A stretch of DNA of 64,000 nt from Mobula birostris (Eukaryota), in assembly GCF_030028105.1 (NCBI RefSeq), contig NC_092398.1, positions 15,498,600-15,562,599 of the forward strand, given 5' to 3'. Positions 54,490 to 64,000 of this stretch are shown here, in pieces. The translations under genes were made by a program, and so were the position numbers. The notes beneath the pieces were generated by a model. The model was not told the DNA's origin, did not search any database, and was given only the letters and a program-made list of their open reading frames with translations. Each line of letters opens with the position of its first letter. The stretch's first letter is position 1.

Positions 54490-54571
54490 GGTAGTGTGGC
54501 CGAGCGGTCTAAGGCGCTGGATTAAGGCTCCAGTCTCGAAGGAGGCGTGGGTTCGAATCCCACCACTGCAA
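54490..54571 (+). tRNA. tRNA-Leu (anticodon AAG), with a G1:A72 acceptor mismatch
   Basis: GGTAGTGTGGCCGAGCGGTCTAAGGCGCTGGATTAAGGCTCCAG..GGTTCGAATCCCACCACTGCAA; long variable arm; TTTT about 25 nt downstream. Confidence 0.85.
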
Positions 54572-55116
54572 TCGCGAGTGCATGTCTTTGTTCTTTTCCG
54601 CCATGATTTTAGCTGCATTGAATTCCTAAATACTTTACAAAACAAAATGTTCCAGTAACAGTATCAAGGGCAAGGATATTACTGTGGGACTGCAGAACAC
54701 TCCAGATTGGGTGGAGTTCGTGGCCTCTGTTTATCAAACATAGCGGGTGTGAAATTATTTATCATATGTACTTAAAAGTATTGAAAGTAACATCCAGCTC
54801 ATTTCTTTAACGCCATCTTTCGGAGTTTTTGAAACATGCGGCGAACTATTCGGATATCAATAGGAAGGAGTTTTGAAACGCGGTGTGAAATCGTTTCTCA
54901 GTAAGACCAGGACAGGTTCATAAAGCAGATCATGGCCGCACTTTGTAAACCTTACACTTAAAAACGCAATAGCAAGCTAATCGGAAATGTAATCTATTTG
55001 AACCGTCGTTCTGCACCGTTTTCGAGGAATTCTATACAATATTATTGTTCCATTCCATTTTGTGACATTGTGCTGTGTGAAATGTAATTTATAGTGTAAT
55101 TGTGTTAAGTGTAATT

Positions 55117-55978
55117 TTCCTCAAAGCCGCCTTCATCACACGGCAACTCACACCATAACTTAAGGCTCCGCTGGGATTTGAACCCAGGATATCCTGTTTA
55201 CTAGACAGGCGCTTTGACCAGTTAAGCCACGGAACCCTCGCGTTGTCCAGCAATGTAATAATGACAGTTCACTTGCATTAACTCTTCTTCATCTGCTAGC
55301 GAGAGAAATGCTTCAAATTCAGACCTGTCAAGATGGGATAAAACAAAGTAGACCTTATTGAGAGACTCACCCCAAAATAGTCTGCATGCATAATGAACGT
55401 TCCTACTTTCACCACAGCTCATTTGTTGTCAGAACATTGCTTCTATTCACAGATAATCAGCCGGGAGGGAGCGGCAGATCCACCAGCCCCGAGACCTCAC
55501 ACGTGCGGAAGGACTGTCTCCACTTAAACAGAGAGAACAGCAGTAAATATGTGCTGACGGTTTGGGGCGTTTGGACAAATCCGCTAATCTGAGGATTGTT
55601 GTTAAACATTTTTGTCAATAGGCTGAAGGAATAAAATTGCCCAGAGTTGCTGATAACAGGTGTTAATGTGTGCTGGGAGGGTGGCAATACGCAGGCAAAA
55701 GGGAAATGCTTTGACCGGCCGATAGGTTATAATGAGCACCATGTGGGAAACTCGTAGCATTACTCAATAGATGAGAAATTGAAAGGCAAGACATCTCGGG
55801 TCAGATATATGGGATCACTTCTTTCGGTGATATTACTGAGCCTCAGAGGAAGCAATTCTGAATTTGTCAAAGGTACCGTACGCATATGCATGGCAATAAC
55901 CGGGTTAGGTCCCGATGCTTGTATGGAGACTTAAACCGCCTGATTCTGGGATCCACTCACATTGTATTCGCTAGGACC
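55117..55978 (-). repeat. Right arm of the inverted duplication containing tRNA-Thr
   Basis: Reverse complement of 48834-50093, with an internal length difference. Confidence 0.85.
55163..55236 (-). tRNA. tRNA-Thr (anticodon AGT)
   Basis: Minus strand GGTTCCGTGGCTTAACTGGTCAAAGCGCCTGTCTAGTAAACAGGATATCCTGGGTTCAAATCCCAGCGGAGCCT. Confidence 0.88.
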
Positions 55979-56640
55979 ATGTTAAAGGCCTTGCTAATGT
56001 CCATGAAGACAACATCCGCTGCCTTGCTTTCATCACTTTCCTGGTAATTTCGTCAAAAAACTGTATACGATTAGTTAGACATGGCCTGCCAAGGACGAAA
56101 CTATGTTGAATAGCGTTAATCAGGCCCTGTCTATCAAAATACTTATATTTCCAGCACCAAAACATTTACCATCACTCTCATTAAGCTCACCGGGCTATAA
56201 TTTTTCCGCTCATTTTTAAAGCCTTTTTCAAGCAATGAAACATCATTAGCTGTCATTCAATCCCCCGGCAGTTCACCTGTGGCTGAGAACGATTTAAGTA
56301 TCGATGCTAGGGCTCCTTCAATTTCTGCACCAGCTTCCCAAATGGTCTAAGGAGATATCTTGTCTGGTCGTGGGGATTTATCCACACTAATTTTCTTCAA
56401 GACAGCAAGTACCTCCTCCTCTGCAATCTCTCTCCGGTGCAAACCACACTGCTGTTTTCCTCGCATCTATAGACTCCGTGTCTATCTGCTGAGTAAATAA
56501 AGGAGCAAGAAGTCCTATAAAGTCTCCACCCACCTGTGACACCTCTATGCATAGAAGCCCACGCTGATCTTCAAGACGACCAATTCTATATCTTGCTATC
56601 CTTTTGCTCTTAATATAGCTGTAGAAGCCATTGGGACTCT
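55979..56640 (-). mobile_element. CR1 RT fragment
   Basis: ORF 55971-56165 (IQHSFVLGRPCLTNRIQFFDEITR). Confidence 0.75.
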
Positions 56641-58094
56641 GAAAGTTTCAAAGATAAAAGTACATTTATCATGAAAGTATGTACACAGAATACAACTCAG
56701 AGATGTATCTTCCGGCAGGCAGCCACGCAAAAATAAACAGAAACACCGTGGAATTTGTTCAAAACAAAAATATATGGAACACCGAATGCGCGAAGTAAGA
56801 TAACAAATCGCGCAAATGTCACATAGCACACAGAATCTTAATCATCAAACCAAGGAGTCCTTGAAGCGGTCTAGGAAGGTTCAGTTTAATTCAGTTCAGT
56901 TCTGTTTGGTGTTGTGTAGTTTGTTGATCGCAGGCTGCAGAGCCACTGAGCGTCAAAGCGCTCTGATCAAAGTTGAAAACAAAAGCAATAAAACGGAGAA
57001 ACCATTAACACATGTAACATCAAACAGGGAGGAGACCGCACAGATCAAACTTTGTCCAAGACTCAAGACTCTTGAATCTTCCCCTCCCCCCACCGCCCCG
57101 GCAGGCGCGACCGAGTGGGTGAAGACCGGTTAAATGATGTGGGCTGACGGCAATGAACACCCGCTTGCTTCCGCTCTCATCCTCGTCGATTTCAACCTTC
57201 CTCGACGCTTTAATTGACGAGATCGGCAAGTAGTCATAGTCATACGTTATTGATCCCAGGGGGAAATGGAGCAGATCTTAGATCTGTGCTCTCTCGTTAG
57301 GCTGCGCATTCTGTTCTCAACCTCTCTAAATCCCCTCAGAGATACCAAAACGGCAGATCACTCAGTCGGTCCAAAAACACATGTTCAAACAATATATGTT
57401 GCACCGTTTCTTTTCAAGTGCACTCCATACAAAATCTGAACACACTTAGCAAACTCGATCACATGTAACCCTTTTACTGTATGGGAGTTCCAGTCAATAT
57501 ATGGAGATTTTAAACCAGCCTCTTCCACAGCCTTATTCTTCTTGCAACTGCCTGATAGCTGTGTACAAATTTACTACTCTGACTATTAGGTGTTCTATAA
57601 TATAATCCCATTAATCCTTTTTTTTATTCCTGTTCCATCTATTTAGCCTCAATGGATGAGATCTCCAGTCTGTCCTGTCTGAACACTGCAGTGTCATTTT
57701 CCCTCATCAGTAATTCTAGCCCTCCCCCGTAAATCTCTCCCAATCTGTCACACCTGAAAGAACGGACATGTGGAACATTGAGCTACCAGTCATGGACCTC
57801 CTTCAACCAGTGAGGCTGCTCCTCCTGCAACCAATGTCATATTTCCACGTGCTCATCCATCGTACCTGCAATGCTTTCTCTATTGAAATAGACACAACTC
57901 AGAACATTATTCCCATCATGCTCAACCTTTTCTTTCTCGATTTTGTATGTTGGCTGAACAACATTGTTGCTCACAACTACTCCACAATTGCCCTGTCACT
58001 CTGGTGCCCATACCTCTGCAAATGAATTTAATCAAGAGTAAAATGATGTACATTGGAAGGTCAAACCAGGACTTGTACCATGAATCATCCCCCT

Positions 58095-59190
58095 AATGAC
58101 CCTATCACTTCAGGCTCTGAGGCTGACATGAAAGCATGCTGCAGGAGGGTGAATCCATGAAATGCAGACATCCCAGACGGCGTACCTGGCCAACCACTAA
58201 AGACCCGCCCTGATCAACTGGCTGGAGAGTTCACTATCTTTAACCTTTTGCTTCCGCAGTCTGAGATACCCACCTTCTTTAAGCAGTCTTCAGTTATAAC
58301 CAAGACTAACGTGGTAACCTGCTTCATTGACTACTATTTCATACCACTGTGATCAAGTGCTTTGAGAAGTTGGTCATGAAACACATCAACTTCTACCCGA
58401 GAAGTAACCTACCAGTTTGTCTACCACCACAACAGGTCAATAGCAGATGCCATTTCATTGTCTCTTTACTCAACAATGGAACATCTGGACAATGAAGATA
58501 GATAAGTAGATCAGGATGCTTTTCCTCGACCACCGCACAGCATTCAACACTATCATCCCCTCAGAACTAATCAATAAGCTTCAAGACCTTGGCCTCAATA
58601 TCTCCTTGTCCAATTGGATCCTTGATTTCTGCACTTGCCCAGTTGGGCAACAACATTTCCACAGTCTTCGTCATGACAGGTGCACCAAAATTTTTTCTGT
58701 ATTAGTCCACCTGCTCTGCTCACTTCATACTTATGATTAAAAGGCTACGCATAGCTCCAGTGCCTCCTTTGTTGATGACACCACTGTTATTGGCTGAATC
58801 AAAGGTAGTGACAAATCAATTGTGAGGAGTGAGATTGAAAACATGGCTTAGTAGTTCCAAGTAACAACTTCTCATTCAATATCAACAAGACCCATGAGAT
58901 GATTATTGACTTCAGGATGAGGAAGCCTCATGAGTGGGTCCTCATCAGAGTATCGGAGGTGGAGATGGTCAGCAACTTTAAATTCCTCAGTGTTATTATT
59001 TCAGAAAATCTGTCCTGAGTCTAATACGCAACTTCCATTTCAAAAAAAAAAAACACAGCAGTACCTTTACTTTCTTAGAAGTTTGCGAAGATTTGGCACG
59101 TCATCAAAAACTTTGACAGACTTCTATTGATGTACAGTGGACAGTATATTGACTGGTGGCATCATAGTCTGGTATGGAAACATCAATGTC
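58095..59190 (+). mobile_element. Rex1/Babar RT relic
   Basis: [27 protein letters not shown] and QQYLYFLRSLRRFG motifs. Confidence 0.8.
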
Positions 59191-59199
59191 CCTGTCCTG

Positions 59200-60050
59200 A
59201 TACATGTTATATTAAAATAGATACTCTTCAATCCATCCTATTTTCTGCAATTTTGCCCTCTCAACTGCTTATCCTTCCCCACGGTCTCTCTGCAAGCTGC
59301 ATCTGCCTGTATACCAACTGTCCCATCCTCTGACATATCACATTGTTTCCCATCCCCATGCCAAACTAGTTGGAACATCCCCAACAGCTCCAGCAAAGCT
59401 ACCCGAAGGATATTGGTCCCCTTCAAGTTTTGGTGTAACCCGTCCTTTTTGTACAGGTCATACGTTCCCCAATAATCCACAGATTTGGCACTTTACCTCC
59501 TCAGACACACATCTACCAAATCGTACTGTCCTTACCCTCATTGATGCATGGTACAGACACCAATCAGAGATTGTTACCCTTGAAGTCCTTCTTTTCAGCT
59601 TCTTACCTAGCTCCCTGTATTCTATGTTCAGGGCTTCCTCCCTTTTCCTACCTATGCTGTTTGCACCAGAATATACCACACATTCTGGCTGCTGACCCTC
59701 ACAGTTTAGAACACAGTGGAACCGATATGAGATATCTGAACCTGGCACGTGGGAAGCAACATGCTATCTCAGAGTCCCTTTCACGTTCACAGAACCTCCC
59801 GTCTACTCCCCTATCTATGGAATCCTCTATCACCACTGCTCTCTCTGCCCCTTCCCTTCTAAGCCATAGAGCCAAAGTCAATGCCAGAGACCTGGTTGCT
59901 GCGGCTTTCCTCTGGTATGTAGTTTGTCCCCATCCCTCCCAGCAGTTTAGAAACATGTTGCTGAGGGGAATGGCCACAGGGCTACACTGAACTATCTGTC
60001 TATTCCCTATCCCTCTCCTTAGAGTCACCCAGATACCTTCCTTTTGCAAT
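59200..60050 (-). mobile_element. CR1 ORF1 (esterase) relic
   Basis: ORFs 59699-60049 (AVVIEDSIDRG..CCFPRAR) and 59238-59480 (YKKDGLHQN). Confidence 0.75.
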
Positions 60051-60069
60051 TTAATATGGATTGTAAATA

Positions 60070-61045
60070 TTAGTGCCAGTGACTAGCGGTGTCCCGCAGG
60101 GATCGGAGCTGGGGCCACTTCTCTTTATGCTGTATATCAATGATTTGGATGGATTTGTTGCCAGGTTTGCAGATGGTACGAAGATTGGTGAAGGGGCAGG
60201 TAGCATTGCAGGTAGGCTGCAGAAGGACTTGGATTAGGAGAATGGACACGAAAGTGGCAAATGAAATACAATGTTGGAAAATGCTCAGTCATGCACTTTA
60301 GGAGTAGAAATACATGTGCAAAGCGTTTTCTAAATGGAGGAAAAACTCCAAAAATCTGAGATGCAAAGGGACTTGGGAATCCGCGTGCAGAACACCTTAA
60401 AGGTTAACTTGCAGGTAGCGTCTGTGTTGAGGAAGGCAAATGCCATTTTGGCATTCATTTCAAGAGAAATAGAATACAAGAGCAGGGATGTGATGCTGAG
60501 ACTTGCACTGTGAACAGTTTTGGCGTCCTCACTGAAGAAAAGATGTGCTGGTATTTTAGAGGGTCCAGAGGCGGTTCACATGGATGATTCCGGTAATGAA
60601 AGGGTTATCATTAGAGGAAAGTTTAGTGGCTCTGGGTCTCTACTCGTTGGAATTCAGAAGCATGGTTGGCGAGGAATCTCATTGAAACCTTACGAATGTT
60701 GACAGCCCGAGACAGAGGAGATGGGGAAAGGATGTTTCCCATGGTGGGAGAGTCTAGGACAAGAGGGCATAGCCTCAGCGTAGAGGAGTGCCCTTTCGAA
60801 ACAGATGAGGAGAAATTTCTTTAGCTAAATGGTGGCGAATTTGTGGAATTTGTTGCCACATGCAGCTGTGGAGGCCAGGTCGTTGGGTATATTTAAGGTA
60901 GAAATTGATAGGTTCTTGGTTACAGGGAGAAGGCGAGGAACTGGGATTTAGGAGGAGAAAAAAAGGATCAGCCATGATTGAATGGCGGAGCTACTCGATG
61001 GGCCAGATGGCCTAATTCTGCTGTTGTGTCTCATTGTCTTATGGT
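60070..61045 (+). mobile_element. CR1 RT 3' fragment
   Basis: [29 protein letters not shown]-like segments; ends in a CR1 tail. Confidence 0.8.
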
Positions 61046-61049
61046 CTTC

Positions 61050-61190
61050 CTTTTCAATCCCAAAGAAGGGTCTCAGCCTGAAACGTCGGCTATTTATTCA
61101 TGTCCATAGATGCTGCTTAACCTGCTGAGTTCCTCCAGCGGTTTTTTTTTTATTTACGTGTTGCTCTGGATTTCCAGCATCTGCAGTTTC
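61050..61190 (+). mobile_element. Penelope-derived terminal fragment
   Basis: AGAAGGGTCTCAGCCTGAAACGTC..AGATGCTGC..CCAGCATCTGCAG; a related inverted fragment lies at about 61365-61490. Confidence 0.65.
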
Positions 61191-62147
61191 CCTTATGTTT
61201 ATCAAATTCAGAAATCAGATTTGTAAACAGAGTGGGAACACCCACGATTCCCTAAAGTTTAGCTTGCAGCTTGAATTGGCGGTAAGGAAGGCAAATGCAT
61301 TATTAGCATTCGTTTCCAGAGGACTAGAATATAAAAGCAAAGATATAATGCTGTACACGAGAGCTTCTGCTGATGGTCGAAACCGAGTGGAGCTCAAAGC
61401 AAATGCTGGAGGATCTCTGTGGGTCAGGCAGCATCTCTGCAAAGGAATAAACAGTCAACGTTTCAGGCTGAGACACTCCACACGACTTGACATTTCACCA
61501 GGAACGTAATACATTATAAAGCATTGGTTAGACAGCACTTGGGTTGTTATGAGCAGTTTTGACTCCCTTATATAAGAAAGGATAGAATCGTAAATATAGA
61601 ACAGTATATCACTAGAACAGGCCCTTTGACGCACAATGTTGTGCCGAACGAATTAAATTAGTAACCAAATGACCAAAGCAACTTCTGCCTACACATTGAA
61701 TTCCCCCAATGACAACAAGCCCATTGTTTTTACGTTTCCTTAATCTGCATGCATACATGTTCCTCAATGTCGTGATAGCTACTGGGGGACGGAGAGTCTG
61801 TAGTAGAATCCCCTAAGAGTGATTGCACCCTTCCTATTTTTGTTCTACCATATACTGCAGGCTCAGTGGACAAGCCCCCATTCTGTCCCCTCTGACTGCT
61901 GCTGTGAATCTGTCCCTGATTAGTAATGTAACTCCTCCCGCCCCCATCCTTTACACCTCTCACTATCTTTTCAAAAATATCGAAACCCTGGAGTATTAAT
62001 CACCCATTCCTGTCCCTCTCTCAACCAAGTCTCTGTAATGGCCACAAAATGATGCTAACCCATGCTCCAAGTTCATCACCTTTATTTATAGGGGTGTACG
62101 GGAATACGGACTTCACGGACCGAACCATGACAGATGTACCTTCAATA

Positions 62148-62419
62148 GAGATGACGGAGTGAATCCCTTCCTACAGTCTGACAGGCGAATAGCCTGTCCC
62201 CAGTGTGAACTTGCTGGTGTGTCTGCAGGCCGGAAGACTGAGAGAATCCCTTCCCACCCACAAAACAGATGAGTGATCTCTCCCCAGTGCGAATTCGCTG
62301 GTGGTTGAGTCGGGTGGATGAGTCAGTGAATTCCTTCTCATATTCAGAACAGCTGAATGGCCTCTCTGCAGTGTGAATTCGGTGGTGTGCCGGGAGTTCA
62401 GATGTCCGAGTGAATCCCT
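62148..62419 (-). pseudogene. Decayed C2H2 zinc-finger array (about 3-4 fingers)
   Basis: Minus strand: GFTRTSELPAHHRIHTAERPFSCSEYEKEFTDSSTRLNHQRIRTGERSLICFVGGKGFSQSSGLQTHQQVHTGDR; linkers are recognisable but several Cys/His are lost. Confidence 0.8.
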
Positions 62420-62719
62420 AACTGAGCCAGTCCTAACTGACTGGGGTCTACAAGTATGGAAATCCAGGATCTAATTGCACAGGAGGGTCTTTAGGCCCAG
62501 GTCTCGGAGTTTACTGACTACTTTAGAGGGGATAATTGTGTTAAATGCCGAGCTAAAATCAATAACGAGCGTCCTGATGTATGCACCTTTGCTGTGGAGA
62601 TGCTCCAGGGTTGCGTGAGTGAGATAGCACCGGCTGTAAACTATTTGCTTTGGTAATCGAATTGAAGGAATCCAAGACGCCTCTCAGACAGGAGCTGATT
62701 TATCAAGGACAAGACGGTA

Positions 62720-63450
62720 AACGGAGTTAATGCGTGGAGGGATCTTGGAGTCCACGTTCATAGCTTCTCAAAGGTGGCAACAGAAGTTCATGGGTTGGTG
62801 AAGAAGGAATATACCATGCTTGCCTTTAGTACTCGAGGCATTGAGTTCAAAGCTCAGGAAGTTATGCTGCAACTTTGGAAAACTTTAGTTAAGCCGCATC
62901 TGGAGTATTGCATACATACATTTCTGTTTGCCCGATTATAGGGAAGCGATATCTTGGCTTTGGAGAGGGTGCAGTATAGGAATATCAGGATGCTGCCTGG
63001 AATGAAAGGCACGTGATATAACGAGAGATTGGACAAACTTAAGTTGGTTTCTCTCGAGCGTCGGAGGCTGAGGGGAGACTTGATAGAGTTTTATAAGACG
63101 AGGAGAGGCATGGATAGAGTAGACAGACAACATCTTTTCCCCCAAAGCTGAAATCCCTAATTCCAAACGGCATGCATTTAAGGTAGGAGGGTGTAATTTT
63201 TAAGGTAGATATTAGAGGCAGGTTTTCTACACCTAGAGTGATGGATGCCTAGAATCCACTACCAGGCGTGGTTGCAGAGACGGATACATTCGGGAATTTT
63301 AAGAGACATTCAGACAAGCAGATGAATGTGAGGAAAATATATGGGTATAGACATTGTACCGGCATGAGAGTTGAGTTCAGTTGCAATCTGATGATTAATT
63401 TATTTGGTTCAGTGGAAGATCGTGGTCCTCATGCTGTGCTGTTCTATGTC
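62720..63450 (+). mobile_element. CR1 3' fragment
   Basis: DLGVHVH..LVKPHLEYC..LERRRLRGDLIE motifs with frameshifts. Confidence 0.75.
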
Positions 63451-64000
63451 GCATGTTCTATTAACGCTGGGTTCAGAAATAATCTGTAAACTTTAAAGAA
63501 ACTCCAATAATATTTTTGTGCAACATTAATCCCTTCATTGAGGCCATTGTTCCAGGACATCTTTGCATTATGACTTTCACCTTTTTCGCATTATTACAAT
63601 GACACTAGTCAAAGAAAGACACTTAACTTCGAATAAGGAAGAGACAGATGACTGTTCAGACGCCGGTCTTACATATGATATCAGAATTTAGTCTGTCTTG
63701 CCGTGCAGATCATGTTTCATATCCTGTTGGTCTGTTGATGCATCTTCTCATTGAATGAATATACGACGGTGTATTATGCACCTCGTCTAAGCTTCTCTGT
63801 GCCATAAGGTTAATCAGTTACGCCAGCACCACACTAATGTGTTCATCCAGTGTCACCCGATTCCACGAACATTAACAGAAGAAATTTTGCGGATGCTGGA
63901 AATCCAAAGTAACACAGCTACCGTGGAATGTAGCAACAGGTGTAATTTCCACTCTTTTCCAAATCATTTTTCTGGATGTGGAAGATGTCTGATTTGTTCT

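Overview
Vertebrate genomic DNA, probably from a cartilaginous fish (ray/shark; inferred from the repeat families and histone sequences). Bases 1-32727 are the right-hand end of a tandem array of replication-dependent histone genes. Each unit carries H4(+), H2A(-), H3(-) and H1(-), all with canonical 3' stem-loops, but no H2B. One full unit of about 18.2 kb (14489-32727), one internally deleted unit (1963-14488) and the tail of a previous unit (1-1962) are visible. The two copies carry different lesions: H4 G102V and an H2A tail variant (R11G) in the first; H3 G34R+Q93R plus a poly(A)-tailed retro-insertion in the H3 5' UTR in the second. The remaining 31 kb is repeat-dense (CR1, Rex1/Babar, Nimb/I, RTE and Penelope relics, SINEs, two solo LTRs). 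It also holds an inverted-duplicated promoter-like module (X-box/CRE/CRE/E-box/PBX), two tRNA-Thr(AGT) genes inside an inverted duplication around a tRNA-Leu(AAG), two decayed C2H2 zinc-finger exons and a 186-N assembly gap. TE boundaries and difference counts were read by eye and are approximate.
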